Shown here piece after piece: positions 39,612-52,439 of a stretch of 64,000 bases of DNA. The notes below the pieces were generated by a model. That model did not search any database and was not told where the DNA came from. It worked only from the letters and a program-made list of their open reading frames with translations. The DNA comes from the human T2T-CHM13v2.0 reference genome, Homo sapiens. Made by a program: the position numbers and the translations under genes. Every line of letters starts with the position of its first letter. Position 1 is the stretch's first letter. The stretch lies in NCBI RefSeq assembly GCF_009914755.1, contig NC_060935.1. One strand, 5' to 3'.

Positions 39612-41037
39612 CTTTTTTTAAACTTTAGTTTAGGTTCAGGGGTGCACGTGCAGGTTTGTTATTCAGGTAAACTCATGTCATGGGCATTTGATGTACAGAT
39701 TATTTCATCACCCAGGTACTAAGCCTAGTAGCAATAGTTATTTTTTCTGTTCCTCTTCCTTCTCCCACTCTCCTCCCTCTGGGGGAGCTCCAGTGTCTGT
39801 TGGTCCGCTCTATGTGTCCATGTGCTCTCATCATTTAGCTCCCACTTATAAGTGAGAACATGCAGTATTCGGTTTTCTGTTCCAGTGTTAGTTTGCTAAA
39901 GATAATGGTCTCCAGCTCCATCCATGTTCCAAAAGGTCATGATCTCATTCATTTTTATGGCCGCATAGCATTCTATGGTATATATGTCCATTGACGAACA
40001 TTTAGGTTGGTTCCATGTCCTTGCTATTGTGAATGGCTGCAATGAACATGTGCATGTATGAGTCTTTATGATAAAACAATTTCTATTCCTCTGGGTACAT
40101 ACCCAGTAATGGGATTGCTGGGTCAAATGATAGTTTTGTTTTTAGCTCTTTGAGGAATCACTATACTGTCTTCCACAGTGGTTTAACTAATTTACAATCC
40201 CACCAACAGTGTATAAGCATTCCCTTTTCTCCACAACCTCTCCAGCATGTTTTTTGACTTTTTAATAATAGTCATTCTGACTGGTGTTAGATAGTATCTC
40301 ACTGCAGTTCTGATTGGCATTTGTCTAATGATCGGTGATGTTGAACTTTTTTCATATGCTGTTGGTCACATGTATGTCTACTTTTGAAAATTGTCTGCTC
40401 ATGTCCTTTGCCCACTTTTTAATGGGGTTTGTTTTTTTCTTATAGTTTAGGTTCCTTATAGATGCTGGATATTCGACCTTTGTCAGATGCACAGTTTGCA
40501 GATATTTTCTCCCATTCTGTAAGATGTTTGTTCACTCTGTTGATAATTTCGTTTGCTGTGCAGAAGCTCTTAAACTTAGTTAGATCCCATTTGTCAGTTT
40601 ATGCTTTTGTTGCAATTGCTTTTGGCATCTTCATTGTGAAATCTTTGCCATTTCTTATGTCCAGATGGTATTGCCTAGGTTGTCGTCTAGGGTTTTTATG
40701 GTTTCGGATTTTACATTTAAGTCTTTAATCCATCTTGAGTTGATTTTTGAATATGGTATAAGGAAGGGTATCCAGTTTTAATCTTCTGCATATGGCTAGC
40801 CAGTTCTCCCAGCACCATTTACTAAACAGGAAGTCCTTTTCCCATCACTTGTTTTTATCAGCTTTGCCAAAGATCAGATGGTTGTAGGTATGTGGTCTTA
40901 TTTCTGGGATTTCTATTCTGTTCCATTGGTCTACATGTCTGGTATTGTGCTAGTACTATGCTGTTTGTTACTATAGCCTTGTAGTACAGTTTCAAGTTGC
41001 GTAGCATGATACCTCCTGCTTTGCTCTTTTTGCTGAG
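39612..41037 (-). mobile_element. L1PA (L1PA13-16-like) 5'-truncated element
   Basis: ggttcaggggtgcacgtgcaggtttgtt...tttagctcccacttataagtgagaacatg primate L1 3'UTR plus ORF2 end. Confidence 0.9.
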
Positions 41038-42953
41038 CAAAAAGAACATTTTGAATTTGATGTTGTTCATCAATTTTAGGAAATTTGTATCAATTTCTTC
41101 TACCGTATTCTGTCTCTTCTTTCTTCATGGGCTTCCAAATAAACATATATTAAACCACTTAATGTTGTGACAGATGCTGGGGTTTTTTATGCTCATTCAT
41201 TTTAATTTTTAAATTATCTTTTATCTATTTGCTTCAGTTTGAATAATTTATGTTTCCCTTTCTTTAAGGTTACTAGTCCTTTCTGTGCTCTATTCAATAT
41301 GCTTATAAATCCATCCAATTAATTTTTTATTCTAGATATAATTTTTAGTTCTAAAATTTCCATTTAAGTCTTTTTATACTTTGTGTTTCTCTGCTAAAAC
41401 ACCACATCTGTTTGACCGTATATTTTTTCTCTAAATTGTTTTATATAAATAATATTTTTATAATGGTAATTTAAAGTCTTTACAAATTTCTACACTTCAG
41501 CATCTCTGGGCCTTCTTCTACTGACTGATTTTTGTCTTGGTTATGTGCCACAGTCTCCTTCTTTACGTATCTAGTAATTTTTTATTATATTATTAACATT
41601 GTAGATAGAATACTATGTAGATTCTGGATTATTTCATCTTCCTTCAATAAGGGCTATATTTTGTCTAACAGACAATAAATTACGGTGAATCACTTTGATC
41701 CTATAGGTATCTGATTTTAGGTTTTTTGAGGATTTGGTTTAGTTTTGAAGGTAGTCCTAAATACCTAAGGACCTCCATGTTTGTTAACAGCCATTATTCC
41801 TAGGATGTGGCACCTACTCTGAAAACTATTTCCCTGAGGTCTTAAATTTGATCAGGATGTACACTAAGATCTCCCTACTCTAGCTCCAATACCTCCTTAG
41901 CATTATGCAATCTCTCTTCTACCCCAACAGCAATTCTCTGCTAGCCCTATAGGCCTTGTTCAGCAGTCTTATCCTGCCTATGCACGATTTAGGATTTGGT
42001 CAAGAACCTAAGAGGAACCCCTACACAAATTTCTGAATGTTCTTTGCAGCTGTTTTTCTCTGGTACTGTGTCTTTCAATTCAGCTGCTGTTTTAGCAACC
42101 ACAAACTCCCATCTCTAATTCCTCTGCCCAGAGAGGCTAAGATTCTCTGCCTGAATGGCATATCACCATTAAACTCTAGGAAATGCCCATAATAGCAAAC
42201 TTGAGTGAATGTAGATCTTACCTTGTATGCTTCACTCAAAGATTGCAACTCCATGCACCGTGCAATGCCTGAAACTCTTGTTTCATGTGTATTTTCCAGT
42301 TTATAGTTGTTTATTACAGGAGATTAAATCCAATACTAGCACTCCATTGTGACTGGAACCAAAAGTGCCTGTAATCAATTGTTCAAAATCCAGACTAGTA
42401 TTATAATATTGCTTATTTCTATAATTATGCTTTTTAACAATTTTTTAACATTTGTATTTTGCTTTGTTACACTAAAGTATTTTTTATTCTAAGCTCTATA
42501 TTTATACTGCTTCAAAATTCACCCAATGGCTTATCTATTCTTTAAAATAATACGGTTTTGAATTATTAATCTCTCAATTCACTAAAGAATGCCTTTGAGT
42601 AATTATTTTTTTCATACCGTTTAAATAACAGACATATTCTAAAGCTTTGCATTTTTAAAAAAAATCTAGCTGTTGCCTTAATATCTTAACATGAATGGTA
42701 GCTCCACTGGGTATTTTCTGTTCATGTTGTCTCATTTTTTATTGGCATTCATATTTTAATAGTGTGAAGTCAACCCACTTGGCATCCATTTGAACAAAAA
42801 CTACATCTTACTTTCTACCTTGTTGCTCATGAATTTTTATTATCCTTGAAGTTTAAAATGTCTTCCATGATGCCTACAGATGTATTACCATTAATATCAC
42901 CTAGAATACAGTGACCCTTTATATTAATAATTTATAGACTTAGCCAGAAACTT

Positions 42954-43232
42954 TATATCTATTTTACTGAATATTAATGCTTCTGATATATATCAGAATA
43001 TAAATATGTCAGAAGCATCAATAGCCAGTAAAATATATTCTGATATATATAAAACATATATAAGTATATATCAGAATATATTGCTTACTTCTGTAGTTAT
43101 GCTTTTTAAGAATATATTAATATGTCCTGCTATATCTGATATATATCATCAGATATAGCAGAACATATTAAAATATATACATATATATTCTGGTATATAT
43201 CAGAAGCATTAAAATACAGTAAAATAGATATA
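42954..43232. repeat. Nested AT-rich inverted repeats / palindromes
   Basis: Outer arms 42954-43009 and 43179-43232; inner stems 42960-86/43009-35, 43032-49/43065-82 (perfect 18 bp) and 43117-40/43148-71 (23/24); perfect palindrome ttctgatatatatcagaa at 42981-98. Confidence 0.85.
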
Positions 43233-45739
43233 GAATATACATATCAAGAGCATTTTATATATATAATAAGAATTATATATATATCAGGGGAATTTTTATA
43301 GACACAAAATTTTGATCTTATTTAGGAACACTAAAAATTCATAGGTTGGCTCTCCATTTCTCAATACTTGCTATTGTTTTGCTTTCTTGCTTTTTCTTTA
43401 CATTCTTTTTCTCTTTAAGTCTCTGAAACTTTTGAATGTTTTTCTTCATCTCCATGGTAAATTTTCTAGAGAGCCAATTTTGCTTCCTATAGATAATTTA
43501 GTTGCGCCCTTACGTATTGAAATTCTTTCCATTCTTTACCACATGACAACTACCTTCTGTCATGCTGTTCTTTATCCCATACCATTTTCTCTTTATTAGT
43601 TGCTCATGCTTCATAAAGGTCATGCCTTCATATCTTTTACTGAGAGCACTAAACAGATATTATCTAGCTATTCTGATACTTCTTGTCGCAAATAATTTTT
43701 AGAGGCATATTTTTCCTTTGAGTCTTCAGATTAACATAACTTTTTGGTGCTATAGAATATTTTATAGAACCAATTTTGCTTTTCATTGCTTATTTGTTTA
43801 TATTTATGCCTGACTGAGTTGAGATCTCTTTAGGTCTAGCATTGCCAACAGACATGGTAAATTGTGTGTCGTTAAGCATCTCTTTATTGGACATTTGGGG
43901 CATTAGATGGCTTCTCTCAAATCTAAACTTAGAAACATAGTAATGAGTATATCCTTAATCCAATTTATGGTGTGCAGCAAGTATTTATGCCTTGTGGCTC
44001 TGCTGAAATATGTTAAAATATTCTGTTTTTGTTGTTGAATTCTCCATGTTAGACAATAAAAATGCATATCCTGGGATGCAAGGAATTAACGCACATCCTC
44101 TTTTCCCCTGTTTTTGTGTACTAAAAGCTAAAATCAGTGTAAGAAGAGACGACTTGTTTTCATGGTTTAGAGCAGGAGGTGAAACGCTGGGACACTGGTA
44201 TAAGACATTTACTACTTCAGAAAATATTTCCTGTGCAGTATGGGGGTGACCTGCTTGACATGTACAGCCTTTTTGTTCCTGGGCTGGAAGAAGGTAGATA
44301 AAATGAGTCAAACCCTTCTCATGCAAAGGAGTCAGCATGCATAGCCTAGGGAAGTGTTTCTCAATCTAATCCAGTCAGTTTTTCAATTCCTGGGAACTCC
44401 TCTCAAATGTTAATTTATAGTACACTCTTATTCATTCCCAGTACTGTCAAAAATTTTATATATCCTAAGTATTTTTTTTAAAGAAAAATCTGGAGAAGAC
44501 AGCATGCCACTACATTGCCTCAGAATTTTCAGTGATCTCTTGTAACAGACTTTGTATGTGTTTCCATTTTTTTACTTCCTCCAACTGACAGTCACTACAT
44601 ATAATTTCCCCACCTGTCTTGCCTTTAAGTTTAAAAATCTAATACCATATATTAAGAGTAAATAGAAGATTATTGAGAGAGTCCCTTACTTATCAAATTA
44701 AAATCCTAATTCTCAGTGATGGAGCGCAATCTCTGAAAATAGTAAACATTGTAGTGTATGCACAAACCAGTCCCTTTGCACAGAATCCTCTGCCTATCTG
44801 CAGACTAGTCGGCAACAGAGAACAAAAAAGTGCAGAACTGTAGACATTTTTTAACCTGAAAATAAAATCTCTTTTAAGAAACATTTAACTTTTTTTTTTT
44901 TATCTTGCACAGACCAACTTCAAGCCATCTCCTTCAAGAAATACTTCCCTTCTGATTCTTCCTTCCTGTGCTTAGCAACAAGGTCAGACAGTTTAACTTG
45001 AAAAAGCAAAATTGAGTAAAGTACTTGTTAATAGTATGTTGCTATGTTGGATTTGGAATACACTGAGACATTTTATCTTGTTTTTTTAAAAATAAAATTC
45101 TAAAATATTATTTTATTACTTTTTCAGATAAAATGATTAAAATCATTAAAATTGAATTGTGTTCTTTGTTCCTCAAACTCTGGAATCAACCAATAAAATA
45201 AGGATAAAGTAGTGTCTTCTTCAGAGTGCTACTGTGAAGACTAAGACAAGATATGTAATGTACTTAAATAAAAATAAAACTATCAATATTACTGATGAGA
45301 AGTGCTAACTATAAGCACAGAACCACAAATTTATTTGTGTATACTACAGAGAATTATAAAGAAAAAGGAAAGCAATAAGTATAGTTTTTGACCCAATAAT
45401 TATAATTTTTTAACATTGTGGCTGTATTGTTTTTTCTCTATTCCACAAAATACAAAGCATGATATTCAACCCAGAGGAAAAACACTGTTGTCTTGATAGG
45501 TACAATGGTAATTTCAAACCTGCTTCGTTAGACTATAAATTCTTAAAAAGTAGAGATTACACCTAGTTAATTCTGCCTATAACCAAGTCCAAAACCATGC
45601 ATATGGGCAACTCAATGAGCCACGTTCTATCCTGATTGGACATTACCTAGGTAATCCCTTAGTTATATTTTCAGTTCCTACTTTTCAGTTGAATTTTGCA
45701 ATTTGTGAAATTGATGTGTCCACTATGCCCAGATGATTA

Positions 45740-45990
45740 AATATTCATCCAATATTTATTGAGCACATTCTAGGAGTCAGCCAATGTGGTAATTGCCTGG
45801 GAGACAATCCCAAGTCACCACTTCTATCTTCAAAGATCTCACAGCCTAGCAGAGGGAATAGACTATTTTAAAAAATCACAACTCAGTATGACAAGTGCCG
45901 TGGATACTATGGAATAAAATTTGGGAATCCCCTAGCTGAACTGATGGGGTCATGGTTAACCTGAAAAGCAAGTAGGAGTTAGCTATGGAA
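45740..45990 (-). mobile_element. L2 3' fragment
   Basis: attcatccaatatttattgagcacattcta...cttcaaagatctcacagcctag. Confidence 0.6.
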
Positions 45991-46049
45991 TGAGGAGTCC
46001 CACCTGCAGCCAACCTTATACTGCAGAGGGGTTGATGCCTTGACACTGG

Positions 46050-46262
46050 CAACAGACGCTTGGGTTTGGATTCCCCCTCAGCCAATTCTGAGCTTAGTGA
46101 GCTTTAACAAATCCCTTAACCCCTTGGAGATTTTTCTGCAAAATGAGGATTATAATAGTTTCTAATTAATGGAGTCGTGGGGACCAAATTGGTTAAGTAG
46201 AGCTTTTACCAGGCCCTGCTACACAGCAAGCCCTAGCTCAGCGTGAACTTTTATTATCATTA
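46050..46262 (+). mobile_element. MIR SINE
   Basis: cagacgcttgggtttggattcc...ccttaacccc...ctgcaaaatgaggattataatag. Confidence 0.65.
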
Positions 46263-47365
46263 TTATTGGTTTGCTGCTTTCTCCCGGTGGCCTTCCCTGA
46301 AGTTTCCAATCAAGTTATAAGTTTCCTTGTATGTGCTCACATCTCAGGCACAGTAGGACAGCAGCATCAAGGCCATTCAGCAAAGGTTCCGATCAGAGCT
46401 CATAAGATCTCACTTAAGCCTTATCTGAATAATGTGCTAGAGGAACTTTCCTGTTGAAAAAGGAAGGAGCTTACCTCTTCAGAGTGCCACTAGATGATTA
46501 GAGGCAAAATGTCACGTTGATGTAAATATGAGAATTTAGTTATGGAAGGTGGGAGTGTTTGCTTAAAATGACAGTAAAGCTGAATTTTTATGAATGGCTT
46601 TTTATTATACAAGACATCTATGTTCAGTGAAGAAACTTAGAAAGTATAGACAATCAATAATTTATACAAATTATAATCAGCTGTAATCCCACTGCCCATT
46701 AAAAAAAGTACTATGGCATTTTGATGCAAATGTTTCTACACATGCATACTCTGAGAAAAATGCATGTACCCTTCTGCTTCTCTCCTTACTAACCCCACAC
46801 ATACACTCACTTGAACATCTCTTAGGAAGAGATCATTTGTCATTTGATTGGCCAGAGTTCATAGTTAACCAGTGGACCAAGTTATTATTCCTTAAAGACC
46901 CCAAGTCCTCCTTTGGCTCACTTTTTTCTATGACTCGGTGATAAGAAAAACCAAGGAATACAAAGAGGGTTGTTCGTGTGTGTGTCCCATCTGCTATGTA
47001 ACTATAATTAAATAGGCAGGGGTAGACTCTGTTTACCCATCCATCCTAGACGCAGGAGGCTTCACTTAAAGTAAAGGTCTCTGGATGTAACCATGTTCTC
47101 CTATCCATCTTTTAACAGAAAACTCACAAGGTGAACTAGGTGCTTATCCAGTTACTAATAAACAATATCATCTTCTACCATTCCTTGAGTATCACTTGCT
47201 TGGTTGGCAACACCCTGAGAAAGACACATGATCAGCACAACAGAATCTTCACAGCCCTGCATCCCTGACCATAATACCATTACAGCAATACCAAATTCTC
47301 ACCTCTAATCTTTAAAAATACACACAAATAAATAAACCCATTCATTTTTATAAAAATGAAATTAT

Positions 47366-48922
47366 CCTGCTCTGTCGCCTGCCATGGCTGCCCCAGCCCG
47401 AGTGGTTCATTGCACTGTGGAGTCAGATTCCGGACGGTATGTCCAGCAAAGGCTCTATAGTTCTGGCCTGCAGTGGCAGCCTGGACACCTTCTGCATCCT
47501 CGTGTGGCTGAAGGAACAAGGCTATGACGTCATTGCCTACCTGGCCAGCATTGGCCAGAAGGAAGACTTCCAGGAAGCCAGGAAGAAGGCACTGAAGCCT
47601 GGGGCCAAAAAGATGTTAATTGAGGATGTCAACAGGGAGTTTGTGGAGGAGTTCATCTGGCCGGCCATGCAGTCCAGCACACTGTATGAGGACCGCTACC
47701 TCCTGGGAACCTCTCTCGCCAGGCCCTGCATCACCCACAAACAAGTGGAAGTCGCCCAGCGGGAGGGGGCCAAATATGTGTCCCACGGCACCACGGGAAA
47801 GGGGAATGATCAGGTCTGGTTTGAGCTCACCTGCTACTCGCTGGCCCCCACAGATAAAGGTCATTGCTCCCTGAAGTATGCCCGAATTCTACAACCGGTT
47901 CAAGGGCCACAGTGACCTGACGGAATATGCAAAGCAACGCGGGATTCCCACCCCGGTCACTCCCAAGAACCCGTGGAGCATGGACGAGAACCTCATGCAC
48001 ATCAGCTGCGAGGCTGGAATCCTGGAGAATCCCGAGAACCAAGCGCCTCCAGCTCTCTACACGAAGACCCAGGACCCGGCCAAAACCCCCAACACCCCTG
48101 ACATTCTCGAGATCGAGTTCAAAAAAGGGGTCCCCGTGAAGGTGACCAACGTCAAGGATAGTGCCACCCACCAGACCTCCTTGGAGCTCTTCATGTACCT
48201 GAACGAAGTCGCGGGCAAGCACAGCGTGGGCAATATTGCCATCGTGGAGAACCGTTTCATTGGAACGAAGTCCCGAGGTATCTACCGGGCCCCAGCAGGC
48301 ACCATCCTTTGCTACGCTCATTTAGACATCGAGGCCTTCACCATGTACCGGGAAGTGCACAAAATCAAACAATGCCGGGGCTTGAAATTTGCTGAGCTGG
48401 TGTATACTGGTTTCTGGCTTTCCGGCACAGCCCTGAGTGTGAATTTGTCCGCCACTGCATCGCCGAGTCCCAGGAGTGAGTGGAAGGGAAAGTGCAGGTG
48501 TCTGTCCTTAAAGGCCAGGTGTACATCCTTGGCTGGGAGTGCCCCACTGTCTACAACGAGGAGCCGGTGAGCATGAACGTGCAGGGTGATTATGAGCCAA
48601 TTGATGCCACCGGGTTCATCAACATCAATTCCCTCAGGCTGAAGGAATATCATCGTCTCCAGAGCAAGGTCACTGCAAAATAGACCCCCGTACAAGGAGG
48701 AGCTGGGGCCTCCTCAATTTGCAGATCGCCCAAGTAAAGGCGCTAATTGTTGTGATAATTTGTACTTGTGACTAGTTCTCCCCGGCTGGCAGCATAGTGG
48801 GGCTGCCAGGCCCCAGCTTTGTTCCCTGGTCCCCTTGAAGCCTGCAAACGTCGTCATCGAAGGGAAGGATGGGGGGCAGCTGCGGTGGAGAGCTGTAAAA
48901 TGACAAAAGATACACTAGTCAA
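47366..48922 (+). pseudogene. ASS1P: Processed pseudogene of argininosuccinate synthase 1 (ASS1); paralog number not determinable here
   Basis: Intronless, covers [10 protein letters not shown] (ATG 47439) to QSKVTAK* (48683) plus both UTRs. Lesions: +1 frameshift at ~47850, TGG>TGA at 47872-74, 8-bp duplication at 48411-26, CGA>TGA at 48477-79. 14-bp TSD aaaaatgaaattat at 47352-65 and 48923-36. Confidence 0.97.
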
Positions 48923-49495
48923 AAAAATGAAATTATACCGTACATATCAACTTATTAACTAAGTTAATAATAACCCAATCATGTATTTTTATATTGATGA
49001 ATACATACATAAACATGTCTGCTTCCTCATTTTTTATTTTTTTACTTACATTAATGATTTTGTTGTGTGAATACTACCACAGTTTATTGAACCAATCTTC
49101 TCTCATTGGAGAGTTAAATTGTTTTTAAGCTTTGACTATTAAAAACAATGTCTCAGTGAAAATCCCTCCCTCTACATGTACCCTTGTGATTGTGACTGAC
49201 TATACCCAAAGACCATATTCTTCCCTGCACCATGGCAAATATACGTAATATCCTACCATCATTTCTACCAAAGCTTGACTTCCCCAGGTCTGTATCTAGG
49301 TAGCTAGAAGCAGCTCATAACTACTTCACTTCAGATGAAACCGCATGTAAATGGCCTGAGCAGCCTGGAGCTCCACAATTAGATTAATTGGGCCCCCAGG
49401 TGACTAATCTTGAATTTCTAATGAGTTCATTGGAATAGAAGGAACTGCAAATCTGAATTCAGATGTCAGAGTCAGGACTAACAATATGAAGCACA

Positions 49496-49793
<298 letters not shown>

Positions 49794-50354
49794 TCAACAC
49801 GCAGAGAGGCAAAAACCTAACTGTGGCTAATTTATCCTACCTGCTGAAGCTCTTACTGTCTGAGCTACTGGACTGGGGGGCAGGTATGAGAGGTAACACT
49901 TACTGGACCTTACAGTCATAGCAGGCCAGGCTGGGATAATTAAGAGAATATTTTAGAAAGTTTTCAGGATATGGCTAGAGCCACAAATCAAAGGTGTTTT
50001 TTTCAAACGTATACTATCTTTCTCATAAGTGTAGATGACTCAAGAGACAATTTTAGGTCCATAAAATTTTAGGGACACCACAAAACTAGAGTTTTCCAAC
50101 TCAATGAAACACTGCCATTGATGTGTTTAAAATAGAAACTCAAATTTATAAATAATAATAGTAATGATAATACTCATCATCTTTTAAAATAATTTTTTTT
50201 TAAATTAAAAACAGAGCTGGTGACCTTCACAAAGCAAACTAGGGAATACGTCAGTATCCTGGCACTTGAGCAGAATTTCTAGGGCCCGTGTGAATTCTCT
50301 CCAGCCCAGAGAATGACTTAAAGAAAGAAAAAATAAAAGCCCTGTAATTTACAT

Positions 50355-50392
50355 CTGTTGTTTTAGTCCTCACCTGTTGTTTTAGTCCTCAC
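50355..50392 (+). repeat. Perfect 19-bp tandem duplication
   Basis: ctgttgttttagtcctcac x2. Confidence 0.95.
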
Positions 50393-51126
50393 CTTATGGA
50401 ATTGTCAATCACATATTCCTTCCTCCCTCACCATAACAGAAGGCATGTGACGAGACTGTCTAATCAAAGTACCTCATGCTTCAAGATTGGCCCAGAGGCA
50501 CATTCATGACTCAAGTATAGCCAATAACAGTCATTTATCAAAAGTTTATAGGGAGCTGAGAGAGAATTTCTCTCCTGCAGAGAGCATATGCCCATGGACC
50601 ATGTAAAACACAGTTCTGTCAGGTGGCATCTTAGTCATTACATAGAAAAAGCCTCTCAAGATACTCAAGTTCTCTCTTTTAGTTACCTCTCTTTGAAGTA
50701 AATTTATTTTGCAGCTAAAAGAATTCCCACCTAAAACTCCTAGGATCATTTGATTCCTAAAAAGATCATCTGAGTCTAAAGAAAAGGTGAATGTGAAACT
50801 GGAAAATTCATCACAATTCAATTATAAGTTGGATATAACATTAAGATTTGGTTCCAGATTGATTTGTGCTTTCTAAAATTACTTGTGTTGCAGAATACGT
50901 TTGACCTCACACTCACATTTCTTTCTGGAGAGGTCACTGACCAAACTGAGAATAATTATGTTTCCTTCATTACTCAGTCATTCATTCATTCAAATTAGTA
51001 CATGACAATTTTTCCCATCTTCCTAAAAATCATTTCACATGACCTGCTTTATCACGTTATCTTTATTCAAATAACAACCCCAAGTATTGCTCTTACCCTA
51101 AAACATTTTTCAAATAATTGTAACAG

Positions 51127-51315
51127 GGGAGGAGGAAAAGGGGAGTTGTGGTTTAATGGCTATAGAGTTTCAGTTCTGCAAGATGAAAAAGTGCTGGAGA
51201 TGTTTCACAACAATGTGAAACAGCTTGAATGTGGATATACTCAACACACTAAACCATGCACTTAAAAATGGTTAAGATGGTAAATTTTATATTATGTATT
51301 TTTAATACAATAAAA
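51127..51315 (+). mobile_element. Short L1MB 3' end insertion with TSD
   Basis: gtttaatggctatagagtttcagttctgcaagatgaaaaag...cttaaaaatggttaagatggtaaatttt; TSD aattgtaacag at 51116-26 and 51316-26. Confidence 0.85.
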
Positions 51316-51749
51316 AATTGTAACAGCACAAAACAATAAAATATGTTTTAATACTTTATGATGTTATAGGCTGAATTCAGCTGATGAAGAAAGATATATT
51401 ATTGGAAACACTTACTGAAAACTTGGAAGGGAAGCTGAATCCCAGGACCTTAAATTTGTCTTGGCACCTAGGCTTCTCAAAATAAGGACAGATATTTCAT
51501 GTAACAGATGACAAAAGAGTTGGAGTTCCTGGAAGAAATCTAGGGCAGAGAGACAAAAAACATTAAAATGGTCGGAGCTTGTTAATTTGACCCCTCCCCA
51601 TGACCACATGAAATGTTTGGTGCCAGTCAATTCTTTTGGGAGCAATTCACAAAGACATTTCATTACACATCTGGGTCAATGCTGCAGCTCAGAGGAGCCA
51701 TTGAGAAGCAAGGTTGAAAAGGTCCCAAATGATGTTTGTATTAAAAGAG

Positions 51750-51945
51750 TTTACAAGGCACTTTCCTATTCATAATCTAACTAGTCTCCATGGCAACATA
51801 AAAATGGGCATTAGCATAAGTTCCATTTTACAGACAAGATAACTAAGGCCCATAAAATCTAGGCATGTTATCCAAAGTCATACAAGCAAGAAGAGATTAG
51901 CCTAGTCCTCTAAATCAAGATCCCATACTCTTTCCACATACATTT
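51750..51945 (-). mobile_element. MIR SINE
   Basis: ccattttacagacaagataactaaggccc...ccaaagtcatacaagc. Confidence 0.6.
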
Positions 51946-52065
51946 CCACATTGTCCTCCCCTGACACTGTGCAAGAACCTGAACCTGCTTCCCTAGTGTC
52001 AGCTCAAACCACAAAACAGCTCATCTAAATTGTGTAAAATGTGAGATTAGCACAAGTAATATGAG

Positions 52066-52439
52066 TATATTAGTCCACTCCAGCACTGCTATGTTGAAAC
52101 ACATGAGACTGGGTCATTCACAAAGAAAAGAGGTTTAATTTGCTCATGTTTCCTCAGGCTGTAGAGAAAGCATGGCTGGGGAGGCCTCAGGTAATATACA
52201 ACCATCGGCAAAAGGCAAAGAAGAAGCAGGCCCATCTTCACATGGCCAGAGCTAGAGGAAGGAGGAGGGGGTGTGCTACATACTTTTAAACAAGATCTCG
52301 TGAGAACTCACAATCAGGAGAACAGCAAGGGGGTAATCCACCCCATAATCCAATCACCTCCTACTAGGCCCCTCTTCCAACATTGGGGATTATAATTCAA
52401 CATGAGATTTGGGCAGGGATACAAATCCAAACCATATCA
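52066..52439 (-). mobile_element. MSTA/THE1D MaLR solo LTR
   Basis: tattagtccac...aaagaaaagaggtttaatt...gatctcgtgagaactcac...gagatttgggcagggatacaaatccaaaccatatca; flanks atgag/ctgag. Confidence 0.9.

Noticed and set aside
47439-48683. ASS1-like ORFs (158, 230 and 67 aa) as a functional gene
   Set aside because: Intronless with TSDs, two premature stops, frameshifts and substitutions in conserved motifs (AYSGGLDTS read as ACSGSLDTF). It is a processed pseudogene.
47616-48695. Long antisense ORFs (164 aa, 125 aa) over the pseudogene
   Set aside because: Expected shadow ORFs of a GC-rich coding sequence; no independent support.
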